Made by a program: the position numbers and the translations under genes. From Alphaproteobacteria bacterium (lineage in GTDB: Bacteria > Pseudomonadota > Alphaproteobacteria > Bin95), in the NCBI GenBank assembly GCA_963665325.3, contig OZ224045.1:736001-800000 (forward strand): a DNA stretch of 64,000 nt, in the 5' to 3' direction. Of this stretch, positions 1 to 10,570 are shown in pieces. The notes under the pieces were generated by a model. The model did no database searches and was not told the origin of the DNA. It was given only the letters and a program-made list of their open reading frames with translations. The stretch's first letter is position 1. Each line of letters begins with the position of its first letter.

Positions 1-542
1 TTTTCGTCGGTAGAGACCGTGCCGATCACGGTCGCGCCCAGATGCTTCGCCCACTGGCAGAGGATCAGCCCCATGCCGCCGGCCGCTGCATGGATCAGCA
101 CCGGGTCGCCCGGCTGCACCCGGTAGGTCCGGCGCAGGAGATACTGGGCGGTGAGGCCCTTGAGCGTCATGCCGGCAGCGTCTTCGTCGGAGATGCTGTC
201 GGGCAGCTTCACCAGCCGTTTGGCCGGCATTACCCGGCGCTGCGCATAGGCGCCGTGCGGCGGGCTGGCATAGGTCACCCGGTCGCCGACCGCGCATTCG
301 GTCACGCCGTCGCCGACGGCCTCCACCGTGCCCGCGCCCTCGATGCCCACAACCATGGGCAGCGGCGGCACCGGCCAGGGGTGCGGCATGCCGCGCCGGT
401 TGTAGGTATCGATATAGTTCACCCCGACGGCGCCGTGCCGGATCAGCGCCTCGCCCGGCCCCGGCTCGCCCACCGGCCAGTCCTCCCAGCGGAAAACGTC
501 CGGCGTGCCCTTTTCGTGGATGACAGCGGCTTTGTTGCTCAT
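1..542 (-). CDS. qor: NADPH:quinone oxidoreductase, zeta-crystallin family (3' end truncated by window edge)
   Basis: Not in the ORF track. Manual translation from ATG 542 gives [22 protein letters not shown]...GVNYIDTY...[31 protein letters not shown], with the AAAGGxG NADPH-binding motif. Confidence 0.88.
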   Translation of the reverse strand, partial: MSNKAAVIHEKGTPDVFRWEDWPVGEPGPGEALIRHGAVGVNYIDTYNRRGMPHPWPVPPLPMVVGIEGAGTVEAVGDGVTECAVGDRVTYASPPHGAYAQRRVMPAKRLVKLPDSISDEDAAGMTLKGLTAQYLLRRTYRVQPGDPVLIHAAAGGMGLILCQWAKHLGATVIGTVSTDE

Positions 543-573
543 GGCTTTCCCCGGTGGTTCGTTCTGCGCTTCG

Positions 574-978
574 TCAAGCCTGCGCCTCGATGGCCTCCAT
601 GTCCTCGTCGGAGAGGCCAAAATGGTGGCCGATCTCGTGGACCAGCACATGACGCACGATATGCATCAGGTCCTCGCCCGTCTCGCACCAGTAGTCGAGG
701 ATCGGGCGGCGGTAGAGGAACACATAGTCCACATCCTCCGCACCCGCCGACACGCTCTTTTGGTCGATCGAGACGCCGCGATAGAGGCCCAGCAGGTCGA
801 ACGGGCTCTCCAGCTCCATCTCGCGCTCGGTTTCCTCGTCCGGGAACTCGTCCACCCGGAAGACGATGTCGGCCGTCAGCCGGAGAAACGATTCCGGCAG
901 TTCCGCATAGGCGGCCTCGGCCCAGGCGGCCAGCTCGTCGAGGCTCGGCGGATGGACAGGCGCGGTTCTCTCAGGCAT
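574..978 (-). CDS. Zincin-like metallopeptidase family protein (Zincin_1/DUF1025-like)
   Basis: [10 protein letters not shown]...[11 protein letters not shown]...[17 protein letters not shown], with HExxH. Start taken at ATG 978. Confidence 0.85.
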   Translation of the reverse strand: MPERTAPVHPPSLDELAAWAEAAYAELPESFLRLTADIVFRVDEFPDEETEREMELESPFDLLGLYRGVSIDQKSVSAGAEDVDYVFLYRRPILDYWCETGEDLMHIVRHVLVHEIGHHFGLSDEDMEAIEAQA

Positions 979-1020
979 CGTCGGGCAGCAGAGGGCACAC
1001 GGGTTCGGGAGGCGCGGATC

Positions 1021-1320
1021 ATGGCCGAAAAGCTCACCGGTAGCGAGCGCCGCGAGGCGCTGGCCGCGCTTGAAGGCTGGAGCGAGGTCGAGGGCCGGGA
1101 CGCCATCCAGCGCAGTTTCCAGTTCGAGGACTTCACCGCCGCTTTCGCCTTCATGGCGCGCTGCGCGCTCGCCGCCGAGCGCATGGACCACCACCCCGAA
1201 TGGTTCAACGTCTACAACCGCGTCGAAGTCACCCTGGCCACCCACAGCGCCGGCGGCGTGACGGAACTGGATGTGCAGCTGGCGACGTTCATGAACGGGG
1301 CTGCCGGGGCCGGCGCCTAG
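1021..1320 (+). CDS. phhB: 4a-hydroxytetrahydrobiopterin dehydratase
   Basis: [33 protein letters not shown] signature; ATG at 1021. Confidence 0.92.
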   Translation: MAEKLTGSERREALAALEGWSEVEGRDAIQRSFQFEDFTAAFAFMARCALAAERMDHHPEWFNVYNRVEVTLATHSAGGVTELDVQLATFMNGAAGAGA

Positions 1321-1561
1321 GACGACGGGCGACGGTTGCGGCTACGCCAGCGACGAATCCCGGCGAGCCGGACGACAGGGCCACGGCGGGGAACGGTAAT
1401 GCAATTCGGAACTATCCGGCTCACAGTACCCGCTTGTCATTGGGTTTTTGCCCGAGCGGAATTCGACGATGGACCATTCCATTCGCGATAGATACCGTCC
1501 TCCGGAGGAAGCGTCGGCTGATCGCAGATGCCTCCGGTCCTTTAACTGGGGAGACAACCGT

Positions 1562-2875
1562 ATGAAGAAGACCGAGCAGCACCTGCCTGCCCGAACGCCC
1601 GCCAGCGTGACGCGGCGCGATTTCGTGAAGAAGTCCACCACTGCCATCGGCGCCGTCGTTGCAGCGGGGGCATTTCTCGGCGGCAAGGCGCCGGCTTATG
1701 CCCAGAGCCGCAAGCTGCACTACCTGCAATGGAGCAGCTTCATCCCCGATGCCGACACGGAGATCAGGCGCCAGGCCGAGGAGTTCACCAAGGCCACCGG
1801 CGTCGAAGTCACCGTCGAGATGATCAACCAGAACGACATGACCCCGCGTATCACGGCGGCCATCGAGAGCGGCCAGGGCGCGGATGTGGTGTTGATGATC
1901 AACAACCAGCCGCACCTGTTCGCCAACGGTCTGTCCGACCATGGCAGCCTGATGGGAGAACTGGCTGGCGGCGACCTCTACGATTGGGCGAACGGAGCGG
2001 TGACGGTGGACGGCGTGGCCCGCGCGGTGCCGCTCTTCAACATCGGCAACGCCATCGTCTATCGCAAGGACGTCTTCGATGAACTCGGCCTGACCGCGCC
2101 CAATAGCTGGGCCGATTACCTCGCCGTCGGCAAGGCCCTGAAAGGCGCCAACCTGCCGGTAGGCCAGACCCTGGGCCACACCTTCGGCGACGCCCCGTCC
2201 TTCGCCTATCCGCTGCTGTGGAGCTTCGGTGGCATGGAGGTGGACGAGTCGGGCAAGGTCGTCGTCGACTCCCCTGAGACGCACCAGGCGCTTGAGTTCT
2301 GCAAGGAGTTCTGGGATGCGGCCTGCGATCCGGGCGGGCTTGCCTGGGACGACACCAGCAACAACCGCGCGTTCCTCGGCCAGACCATCGGGGCGACTCT
2401 GAACGGCGCCAGCATCTACTTCGTGGCGCGGCGCAAGTTCCCGGACCTGGCGGACAAGCTGGCCCATGTCAACAATCCGGAAGGCCCGGGCGGGCGCTAC
2501 CATGTCATCGGTCCGCGCAGTCCCGCGATCATGGGCTATTCCGAGGAGAAGGACGCCGCGGCCGACTTTGTCCGCTTCCTGTTCCAGGAGGACAATTTCA
2601 GCCAGTTCATTTCGGTGAACAGCGGCTATGTGCAGGGCCTGACGTCGAAGTGGGAAAGCCATCCGGTGTGGAGTTCCGACCCGGCGCTGGGAATCTTCAG
2701 CACCAACGCCAAATACGGGCGCAGCTACGGCCATGCCGGTCCGTGGAACCGCGCCTCCGGCGAAGCGGCGGAAAAATACATCGTCGTTGACATGTTCGCC
2801 CGCGCCGTGCAGGGCGAAGATCCCAAGGCGATCGCCGCCTGGGCACAGAAAGAACTGGTGAATGTCTACGGCTAA
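1562..2875 (+). CDS. Carbohydrate-type ABC transporter substrate-binding protein with Tat signal
   Basis: GGGGAG RBS before ATG 1562; twin-arginine TRRDFVK and AYA cleavage site; first gene of an ABC operon. Confidence 0.85.
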   Translation: MKKTEQHLPARTPASVTRRDFVKKSTTAIGAVVAAGAFLGGKAPAYAQSRKLHYLQWSSFIPDADTEIRRQAEEFTKATGVEVTVEMINQNDMTPRITAAIESGQGADVVLMINNQPHLFANGLSDHGSLMGELAGGDLYDWANGAVTVDGVARAVPLFNIGNAIVYRKDVFDELGLTAPNSWADYLAVGKALKGANLPVGQTLGHTFGDAPSFAYPLLWSFGGMEVDESGKVVVDSPETHQALEFCKEFWDAACDPGGLAWDDTSNNRAFLGQTIGATLNGASIYFVARRKFPDLADKLAHVNNPEGPGGRYHVIGPRSPAIMGYSEEKDAAADFVRFLFQEDNFSQFISVNSGYVQGLTSKWESHPVWSSDPALGIFSTNAKYGRSYGHAGPWNRASGEAAEKYIVVDMFARAVQGEDPKAIAAWAQKELVNVYG

Positions 2876-2975
2876 ACTGCCGTCGGCGTGATCGACCTGC
2901 GGCGGCCCCGGCCGCCGCAGGTTTTCTATCGCGTCCAAGCCTGTCCGCTTCCCGCAACGATCTGTCCTTACCGCG

Positions 2976-3947
2976 ATGCAAACGCAGCAATCGACATCCG
3001 CGCCTTCCCTCAGGGAGAAAATTGCTACCGCCCTGGAAGATCAGCGCGTGCTCGGCTACGTCCTTATGACGCCGGCCCTGCTGCTGATTCTGATTTTCAT
3101 CGCCTACCCCTTTGTGCTGGGCGTGTGGATGTCGCTCACCGATAAGATCGTCGGCACCCCGGGGGTGTTCATCGGGCTCGGTAATTACGACAAGCTGTTC
3201 GCCAGCGATATCTTCCTTACCGCCGCCTGGAACACCGTGTTCTTCACCACGGTCGCGACAGTCTTCAAGGCCGTTCTGGGCATGTGGCTGGCGGTGTTGC
3301 TGAACCGCAAGTTCCGCTTTGCGAATATTACCCGGGCCACCGTATTGCTGCCCTTTATCGTACCCACCGTGCTCAGCACGCTGGCCTGGCTGTGGATGTT
3401 CGACGCCACATTCAGCGTGTTCAACTGGACCCTGCGTTGGCTATGGCAGGTGGATATCAGTATTTTCGGGCTGGTCCTGAAAGAGAACTGGGGATTCTTC
3501 CGCGGTCCGCTGTGGCTGGGCGACCCGGGCATGGCCATGACCTCGGTGATTCTCGTCAATGTCTGGCGCGGCTTGCCGTTTTTCGCCATCTCCTTCCTTG
3601 CCGCCCTGCAAACCATTCCGCCGGACCTTTACGATGCAGCCGACATCGACGGCGCCACCGGCTGGAAAAAGTTCTGGCATGTGACATTGCCGCTGATCAA
3701 GCCGGTGGCGATTGTGGTGATCGTCTTTTCCATTGTCGTCACCTTCGCCGATTTCCAGCTGGTCTATATCCTGACGCGCGGTGGGCCCAACAACGAAACC
3801 CACCTGCTTGCCACGCTGGCCTACCAGCTGGGCATGGGTTCGGGGAATATCGGGCAGGGCGCGGCGGTGGCCCTGTTCATGCTGCCCTTACTGGCGGTCG
3901 TTATTATCTTCCAGCTTTGGTATTTGCGCCGCGAGGGAGTGCGATAA
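2976..3947 (+). CDS. Carbohydrate ABC transporter permease (MalF-like)
   Basis: Multiple hydrophobic helices; EAA-type motif LYDAADIDGA. Confidence 0.9.
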   Translation: MQTQQSTSAPSLREKIATALEDQRVLGYVLMTPALLLILIFIAYPFVLGVWMSLTDKIVGTPGVFIGLGNYDKLFASDIFLTAAWNTVFFTTVATVFKAVLGMWLAVLLNRKFRFANITRATVLLPFIVPTVLSTLAWLWMFDATFSVFNWTLRWLWQVDISIFGLVLKENWGFFRGPLWLGDPGMAMTSVILVNVWRGLPFFAISFLAALQTIPPDLYDAADIDGATGWKKFWHVTLPLIKPVAIVVIVFSIVVTFADFQLVYILTRGGPNNETHLLATLAYQLGMGSGNIGQGAAVALFMLPLLAVVIIFQLWYLRREGVR

Positions 3948-3949
3948 CC

Positions 3950-4798
3950 ATGAATGCCATGGTAGGCGAGACCTATTTCCGGCGCTTGCTGGTCTTCTAC
4001 ATCCCGCTGTTCCTGTTCGTGTTCGTGATGCTGTTCCCGTTCTTCTGGATGCTCATCACATCCCTCAAGACCGATGCCGAACTTTACAATCCGCGCCTGT
4101 CCCCGTTCATCGTGCGGGAGCCCACGCTGGAGCATTGGGAAAACCTCTTCGGCACCACCCTGTTCGTCGAGTGGGCAATCAACACGCTCTGGGTAGCGAT
4201 CGCTTCCACCGCCGTGTCGCTGTTTGCCGGGGTACTTGCCGGTTACGCCATGTCGCGCCTGGTGTTCAGGGGCTCGACGATGTTCGGCATCATGATCTTC
4301 ATCACTTACCTGGTACCGCCGACCCTGTTGTTCATCCCGCTCACCGGCGTCGTGACATGGATGGGGCTGCAGGACACAACCTTGTCGCTGATCTTCACTT
4401 ATCCCACCTTCCTGGTGCCCTTCTGCACCTGGTTGTTGATGGGGTATTTCCAGACCATTCCCAAGGAACTGGAGGAATGCGCGCGCATCGACGGCGCAAC
4501 GCGCCTGCAGGCGATGTTAAAGATAGTTATCCCGTTGGCGATACCCGGCATCCTGTCGGCCGGCATTTTCGCCTTCACCCTGTCCTGGAACGAATTCCTG
4601 TATGCGCTGGTCTTCATTCACTCGCCGGAAACCAAGACCATCCCGGTCGGCGTGACCAGCGAACTGATCAAGGGCGATGTGTTCTTCTGGGGCTCCCTGA
4701 TGGCCGGCGCCCTGCTCGGCTCGGTACCCGTTGCCATCGTGTATTCGTTTTTTGTCGAGCACTACGTGTCCGGTATGACCGGCGCGGTGAAGGGGTAA
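3950..4798 (+). CDS. Carbohydrate ABC transporter permease (MalG-like)
   Basis: ELEECARIDGA and FTLSWNEFL motifs; ATG at 3950. Confidence 0.9.
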   Translation: MNAMVGETYFRRLLVFYIPLFLFVFVMLFPFFWMLITSLKTDAELYNPRLSPFIVREPTLEHWENLFGTTLFVEWAINTLWVAIASTAVSLFAGVLAGYAMSRLVFRGSTMFGIMIFITYLVPPTLLFIPLTGVVTWMGLQDTTLSLIFTYPTFLVPFCTWLLMGYFQTIPKELEECARIDGATRLQAMLKIVIPLAIPGILSAGIFAFTLSWNEFLYALVFIHSPETKTIPVGVTSELIKGDVFFWGSLMAGALLGSVPVAIVYSFFVEHYVSGMTGAVKG

Positions 4799-4804
4799 AC
4801 GCAA

Positions 4805-5902
4805 ATGGCCCAGATCCTCCTGAAGAACCTGCGCAAGTCCTATGACGAAACCGAGGCCGTACGAGGCATCGACCTGAATATAGAACACAATGAGTTCGTC
4901 GTTCTTGTCGGCCCTTCCGGTTGCGGCAAGACCACCACATTGCGCATGATCGCCGGCTTGGAGGAGATCACGGGCGGAGAGATATTTATCGGGGACCGGC
5001 TCATCAACAATGTGCCGCCCAAGGACCGCGATATTGCGATGGTCTTCCAGAATTACGCGCTCTATCCGCATATGACGGTCGAGCAGAACATGTCCTTCGG
5101 CTTGCGCCTGCGCAAGGTCGCGAATGCGGAGATCGCGCGGCGCGTCAATCATGCCGCGGATATTCTGAGTATTGGCGAGCTGCTTGCCCGGCGCCCGAAA
5201 CAGCTATCCGGCGGCCAGCGCCAGCGCGTGGCCATGGGCCGGGCCATCGTGCGCAATCCGGAGGCCTTCCTGTTCGATGAGCCGCTGTCCAACCTGGATG
5301 CCAAGCTGCGCGTGCAGATGCGCACCGAAATCAAGAAGATCCACCGGAGGGTGCAGACTACGGTGGTCTATGTGACGCACGACCAGGTCGAGGCCATGAC
5401 GCTCGCGGACCGCATCGTGGTGATGAACAACGGCATCATCGAGCAGGTGGGCTCGCCGCAGGAGATGTATGAGTCTCCCCAAACCCGCTTCGTGGCCGGC
5501 TTTATCGGGTCTCCGGCGATGAATTTCATCCCCTGCAGGATCGTGCAGAGCGGATCCGGCCTGGCGGTTCGTCTGTCGGAGGACATCTCCCTGAACCTGC
5601 CGGACGAGCAGGCGAACCGCTACAGGGACTATCTCGACAAGGACATGGTGTTCGGCATCCGGCCCGAACACATGACAGAGCAACGCCAGCACACGAATGA
5701 GCAGCAACTGGATTTCGGCTGTGTCGTCGAGGTGCTCGAACCCATGGGCATCGACACCATGGTGTTCGTCGAGATCAACGGGGTCGATGTGACCGCACGC
5801 GCGGCCCCCAGGTCGGTCAGCAATCTAGGCGAAGAGATGATGTTCACCATCGACATGAACAACATGCACCTGATCGACCCCAAGACCGACAGGGTAGTCT
5901 GA
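4805..5902 (+). CDS. ABC transporter ATP-binding protein (MalK/UgpC-like)
   Basis: [37 protein letters not shown]. Confidence 0.95.
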   Translation: MAQILLKNLRKSYDETEAVRGIDLNIEHNEFVVLVGPSGCGKTTTLRMIAGLEEITGGEIFIGDRLINNVPPKDRDIAMVFQNYALYPHMTVEQNMSFGLRLRKVANAEIARRVNHAADILSIGELLARRPKQLSGGQRQRVAMGRAIVRNPEAFLFDEPLSNLDAKLRVQMRTEIKKIHRRVQTTVVYVTHDQVEAMTLADRIVVMNNGIIEQVGSPQEMYESPQTRFVAGFIGSPAMNFIPCRIVQSGSGLAVRLSEDISLNLPDEQANRYRDYLDKDMVFGIRPEHMTEQRQHTNEQQLDFGCVVEVLEPMGIDTMVFVEINGVDVTARAAPRSVSNLGEEMMFTIDMNNMHLIDPKTDRVV

Positions 5903-5963
5903 CAGCCGGATTTCAGACCGATACCCTGCCGGCTAGTTCAGGCCAGCCATTTAACCGCCCGAG

Positions 5964-6000
5964 CCGGTCGGCACGCACTCAATGGCAGAATGCCGACCGG
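5964..6000. terminator. Inverted repeat at a convergent gene junction, candidate terminator or RNA-stabilising hairpin
   Basis: Perfect 10-bp arms ccggtcggca (5964-5973) and tgccgaccgg (5991-6000); no clear U-tract. Confidence 0.35.
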
Positions 6001-6893
6001 GGCGAGACCACCAGTTCCGATATCCGGGCGTGGTGGGTGTTCTTCATGAGCACCTGGACGGCGTGGAAGCCGTATTCGCGGACCAGCGTTTCGATTTCGG
6101 GGGTTCGGTCGTAGGTCATCAGGAAGTCCGACTTACGTTCCCCGAGCAGTGCGAACAGGCGAGCATGGTCGATGTCGTTATGCGCGTAGAGCCGCTTGCC
6201 AGCTCTCTTGCCACCGGCGGTATAGGGCGGGTCTACAAACAGCGCGGCATCGTCCGGAATGGACTCCAGCACAGCCATCCCATCGTCGTGGCGGATTTCG
6301 ATACAGCGCGCGCAGTCGGCGATGGCGAAAAGTCGTCGGACGAGTGTCCCCGGATACCAGCGCGAAGCCACGCCCTTCCCGCTCTCGCCATAGCGTGAGA
6401 GGGACGCGCCCGGCGCGAGGATGCCCCCGCGACGGGTGCGGTTAAGGACGAGCGTGCGGAAGCCGTGCTCCAGGACATTCGCCGGGACTTGGCGCGAAAA
6501 CGCATCCACCGAATCCCGCGTCGGCTGGAATTGCCGGACCATCTCGCACAGCTCGGGACCGTGGCGGAGCGCGGCGTGCCAGAAGGCGGCCACGTCGCGA
6601 TCCAGCTCCACCATCAGGCAGCGGTCCACCAGCCCTTCCATCACCGCCGTCAACGAGACGATGCCACCGCCGGCGAAGGGCTCGACGAGCAGCTTCGGAC
6701 GGGGCTCGATGCCCTTCAGCCAGTGGCGGATATGCGGGATGAGCCATGTCTTGCCGCCCGGGTAGCGCAGCGGGCTGCGCTGCGGCACGGAGGCCACATT
6801 GACCGCCGGTATGGACGAAACCGGGATCGGGTCCGGGGTTTCGGCAGAATCCAGCGCCGCCACGGCCTCTGTCAGAATCGCACCCTTGCCCAT
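5979..6893 (-). CDS. DNA adenine methyltransferase, Dam/D12 class (orphan)
   Basis: SPLRYPGGK, EPFAGGG (SAM binding), LNRT, FVDPPY (catalytic DPPY), MTYD. Confidence 0.9.
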   Translation of the reverse strand: MGKGAILTEAVAALDSAETPDPIPVSSIPAVNVASVPQRSPLRYPGGKTWLIPHIRHWLKGIEPRPKLLVEPFAGGGIVSLTAVMEGLVDRCLMVELDRDVAAFWHAALRHGPELCEMVRQFQPTRDSVDAFSRQVPANVLEHGFRTLVLNRTRRGGILAPGASLSRYGESGKGVASRWYPGTLVRRLFAIADCARCIEIRHDDGMAVLESIPDDAALFVDPPYTAGGKRAGKRLYAHNDIDHARLFALLGERKSDFLMTYDRTPEIETLVREYGFHAVQVLMKNTHHARISELVVSPRSAFCH

Positions 6894-6924
6894 GGCTTCC
6901 AGTTAGCACGAACGCCCGCAGCCG

Positions 6925-8007
6925 TCAGGCGGTGCGGCCCTCCTTCATCGCCTCCTCGGTGAAGACGAGGCCGTGGCCGGGTTTCTCCGGAGCGCGGACG
7001 ATGCCGTTCTCGGCGAGCGGCGGGTCGGCGAACAGGTCCTGCATCAGGCCCATATCCTCGAGGATCAGCCCGTTCGGGATCGAGGCCATGAGCTGGATCA
7101 TCAGCTCGGGATAGAGATGCGGGGCGATGGTCATGCCCCAGGTGTCCGCGATCGCCGCCGTCTTGCGCAGGTCGGTCAGCCCGCCGCGCACCACGTCCGG
7201 CTGGAGGATCGGCAGCTTCGGGTTCTCGAAAAAGGGCTTGAGGTCGAAGCGCGTCATGTGGCTCTCACCGCCGACGACCCGGAGATCGAGCGCATCGGCG
7301 ATCCGGAAATAGCCGGCGAAATCGTCCGGCACGACCGGCTCCTCCAGCCAGTAGATGTCGTACTCTTCCAGCTTGCGGCCCTGCAGGATGGCGTGGTCTG
7401 CGGTCCAGGCCATGTTGACGTCGACCATGATATCGACCTCCGGCCCGACGGCCTCGCGCACCCGGCGGACATGCTCCAGGTCCTGGGCGTCGGTCCACGC
7501 ATGGCCGACCTGCATCTTGACCGCCGGGTAGCCCTCGGCCTTGAAGCGCAACGCCTTTTCGACCATCGCGTCGGGCGAAAGCCCCCGCCAGACGCCCGAA
7601 CCGTAGGCCGGGACCTCAGCCCGGTAGTGGCCCCAGAGACGGTGCAGCGGCATCCCGGCGGCCTGGCCGACAATGTCCCAAAGCGCCACGTCGATGGCCG
7701 AGAGCGCCAGCACCGGGGCCCCGCCGCGCCCGTCCGCCAGCGAGGCGGTCCAGAGCTCGTGCCAGATCGCCTCGATCTCGCTCGCGTCGCGGCCGATCAG
7801 GTGGGGCACCATGGTCTCTTCCAGGCAGGTCTTCACCGTGCGGAAGCCTTCGCGCAGATAGAGCTGGTAGCCGAGCCCGACATGACCCGAGCGCGTCTCG
7901 ATCTCGACCGCCAGCACATTGCGGTCCCTGGAATAACCGCGCTGGACCGCCGGCTGTTCCCGCCAGGGCAAGACGAGCAGATGAACGCGGATGTCCTCTA
8001 TACGCAT
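6925..8007 (-). CDS. Mandelate racemase/muconate lactonizing enzyme family protein
   Basis: SAIDVALWDI, MVDVN, WLEEP, GGES, QPD and APH motifs of the enolase superfamily. Confidence 0.9.
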   Translation of the reverse strand: MRIEDIRVHLLVLPWREQPAVQRGYSRDRNVLAVEIETRSGHVGLGYQLYLREGFRTVKTCLEETMVPHLIGRDASEIEAIWHELWTASLADGRGGAPVLALSAIDVALWDIVGQAAGMPLHRLWGHYRAEVPAYGSGVWRGLSPDAMVEKALRFKAEGYPAVKMQVGHAWTDAQDLEHVRRVREAVGPEVDIMVDVNMAWTADHAILQGRKLEEYDIYWLEEPVVPDDFAGYFRIADALDLRVVGGESHMTRFDLKPFFENPKLPILQPDVVRGGLTDLRKTAAIADTWGMTIAPHLYPELMIQLMASIPNGLILEDMGLMQDLFADPPLAENGIVRAPEKPGHGLVFTEEAMKEGRTA

Positions 8008-8684
8008 GGGGTCTCCTCTTCGCCCACGAAGGTCAGGAACTCTTCGAGCGGCGCACGCGGGGTTTCGAAACGGTTAACGAGGGCCTCGTTGTCCACACGG
8101 CCGAGCGCCATACCGCAGACCAGGGCTTCGTCTTCGCCCGCGCCGACATGGGCGCCCACCACAGTGTGGAAATTGGCCCACGCGCCCTGCGGGCAGGTAT
8201 CGAGCCCGCGGGCGCGCGCCGCCATCATGATGGATTGCAGGAACATACCGGTATCGACCCAGCTGCCGATGCTCAACGCCTTGTGGACGAAGACGAACAG
8301 ACCGACCGGCGCACCGAAGAAGAGATAGTTGCGCCGTTGCTGGGCCTCTGCTGCCTCCCGGTCGCCCTTGCCGATGCCGAGCAGCGTATAGAGGCCGATG
8401 CCGTTCTCCCGCCGTCGCTGGCGGAAGATTTCCGGCAGGTCGCGCGGCTGCCCCGGATATTCGCGCTCCGGCCAGGGCCGGCATTCGCGCCGCGCCAGCA
8501 CAGCGGCGCACAGGCGCTCGCGAACCGCGCCGTCTACCGCATAGACGGTCCAGGGCTGCGTGTTCTGGCCGCTCGGCGCATGGGAGGCGACACGCAGGAT
8601 CTCCTCGACCGTGGCGCGCGGCACCGGGTCCGGCAGGAACGCCCGGACCGAACGGCGCGATATCAAGGCCTCGTCAACCGTCAT
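7998..8684 (-). CDS. Nitroreductase family protein
   Basis: SRRSVRAF, APSGQNTQPW, FFGAPV, ARARGLDTCPQ; ATG 8684 overlaps the selB stop. Confidence 0.9.
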   Translation of the reverse strand: MTVDEALISRRSVRAFLPDPVPRATVEEILRVASHAPSGQNTQPWTVYAVDGAVRERLCAAVLARRECRPWPEREYPGQPRDLPEIFRQRRRENGIGLYTLLGIGKGDREAAEAQQRRNYLFFGAPVGLFVFVHKALSIGSWVDTGMFLQSIMMAARARGLDTCPQGAWANFHTVVGAHVGAGEDEALVCGMALGRVDNEALVNRFETPRAPLEEFLTFVGEEETPCV

Positions 8685-10570
8685 TCCCGCCACTCCCTGA
8701 CGATCCGCCGCGCATCGCCCTCGCGCCGGGTGAAGCCTTCCTTGTCGAAAAACTCCAGCAATTCGATGGTGACATTGCGTCCGATGCCGGAGCGGTCCTT
8801 GTAATCCGCGGCTGTGAAGCGCCCGTCGGCGCTCTCCGCCGCCAGAGTTTCGGCGATGCCGGCCAGCCCCTTGAGCGCGGCCGGCGGAAACCAGCGATTG
8901 TCCGCAACGCGCCGTACCAGGCCGAAGCGCCCCGCCTGGCGCAGCACACCCTCGACCCGGACGTGATCGACCTTGAGCATGTCGGCCAGTTCGCGCACGC
9001 GCGGCGGACGCAGACCGCCTTCCGTGACCAGCGGTTCGATCCGCTGCCAGAGCGCTTCCTCCTCCGGGGCAAGCGCCGCGCGGTGGCCCGGCCGATGAAC
9101 GAAGCCGCCGGAGCGCGCGAGCTTGCCGGCGGAAGCGAGCGCCGCCAACGCCGCCTCCGCGATGTCGCGCGGCGGCACCGGGTCCAGCCGCCGGCGCAGC
9201 GCCACGGGACCGAGGCCGGGGCTGTCCGGATGAGCCGCCGTCCATTCATCCACCTCGCGCTCGAAGGCGTCGCAAAGCGCCTGCCAGCGCCCGGCATCGA
9301 CTGCAACCGGACCCGCGAACACGACGCCGTCCCTCCGGCGCAGCACCGCCTGCTCCGCGTCGTTCAGGTTGTACGCCAGCGCAAACCGGGCAAAGTCGAA
9401 CCCGAACGCCGTCGCCTCCACCAGCCCGCCGAACGGGTCGTCCCCAGCGCGCGCCGCGAGCTCGGCCAGCCGCTCCGGCCGCGCCCGGCCGCGCGCCGGC
9501 GGAAACGGATCGGCGACCCGCCCGCCCGCAATGGTGCGCATCGCCGACTGGTCGCGCAGCACGATTCCGTCGCCTGCAAGCGCGCCGATCTCCCGATCCA
9601 GCAGCAATTGCGCCCAGCCGGCCGCGCCCGGCGCAATGGACGGGCCGTCCAGCACCGCCACCCGCCCGGTGACGTCGGCTGCGCCCAGGTGGACGTGCAC
9701 GGGCGTGCGGTCGCGGAGCGGCCGCGCCTCGCTGCCGAGCACCCTGAGCCTGATGTCGATGCGGCGGGTCGGCCCGTGTGCCTCGGGCGCCAGCAGCCAG
9801 TCGCCGCGGGAGACGGCGTGGCGGCGGAGACCGGCTCCGGCGAGGTTGAGCGCCACCCGCTGCCCCGCCTGGGCAGCATGACTCTCGACATTCTCGGCAT
9901 GGATGGCGCGCACCCGCGCCCCGACGCCGCCGGGCGAGACCAGCAGACGGTCGCCGACCTTGACCGCGCCTGAAAACGCCGTTCCGGTGACCACGAGCCC
10001 CGCGCCGCGCAGGGTGAAACTGCGGTCAACCGCCAGCCGGAACCGCCCCGCCGCCCGCCGCCGCCCGACCGCGCCCGCAAGGCGCTGCAGCGCCCGGCGA
10101 AGCTCCGGCACGCCCTCCCCGGTTATCGCGGAGACCGGCAGCACCGGTGCGCCAGCAAGCCCGGTATCGGCTGCGAGCGCCTGCGCCTCTTCGGCAACCG
10201 CCTGTACGCGCTCCGGCTCCGCGCGGTCGGCCTTGGTCACGGCGATTATGCCGCGCTGCACGCCCAGCAGGTCGAGGATCGCCAGATGCTCGCGCGTCTG
10301 CGGCATCGGCCCGTCGTCGGCGGCCACGATCAGCAGCGCCGCATCTATGCCGGTGACGCCCGCCAGCATGTTCTTGATGAACCGTTCGTGCCCCGGCACG
10401 TCGATGAAGCCGATTGTCTGGCCGGGGCCGGCCTGCCAGTAGGCGAAGCCCAGGTCGATGGTGAGCCCCCTCGCCTTCTCCTCCGGCAGCCGGTCGGCGT
10501 CGGTGCCCGTAAGAGCCTTCACCAGCGAGGTCTTGCCGTGGTCGATATGCCCGGCGGTCGCGACGATCAT
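8681..10570 (-). CDS. selB: Selenocysteine-specific translation elongation factor
   Basis: [31 protein letters not shown]; C-terminal winged-helix [15 protein letters not shown]; adjacent to selA. Confidence 0.96.
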   Translation of the reverse strand: MIVATAGHIDHGKTSLVKALTGTDADRLPEEKARGLTIDLGFAYWQAGPGQTIGFIDVPGHERFIKNMLAGVTGIDAALLIVAADDGPMPQTREHLAILDLLGVQRGIIAVTKADRAEPERVQAVAEEAQALAADTGLAGAPVLPVSAITGEGVPELRRALQRLAGAVGRRRAAGRFRLAVDRSFTLRGAGLVVTGTAFSGAVKVGDRLLVSPGGVGARVRAIHAENVESHAAQAGQRVALNLAGAGLRRHAVSRGDWLLAPEAHGPTRRIDIRLRVLGSEARPLRDRTPVHVHLGAADVTGRVAVLDGPSIAPGAAGWAQLLLDREIGALAGDGIVLRDQSAMRTIAGGRVADPFPPARGRARPERLAELAARAGDDPFGGLVEATAFGFDFARFALAYNLNDAEQAVLRRRDGVVFAGPVAVDAGRWQALCDAFEREVDEWTAAHPDSPGLGPVALRRRLDPVPPRDIAEAALAALASAGKLARSGGFVHRPGHRAALAPEEEALWQRIEPLVTEGGLRPPRVRELADMLKVDHVRVEGVLRQAGRFGLVRRVADNRWFPPAALKGLAGIAETLAAESADGRFTAADYKDRSGIGRNVTIELLEFFDKEGFTRREGDARRIVREWRE

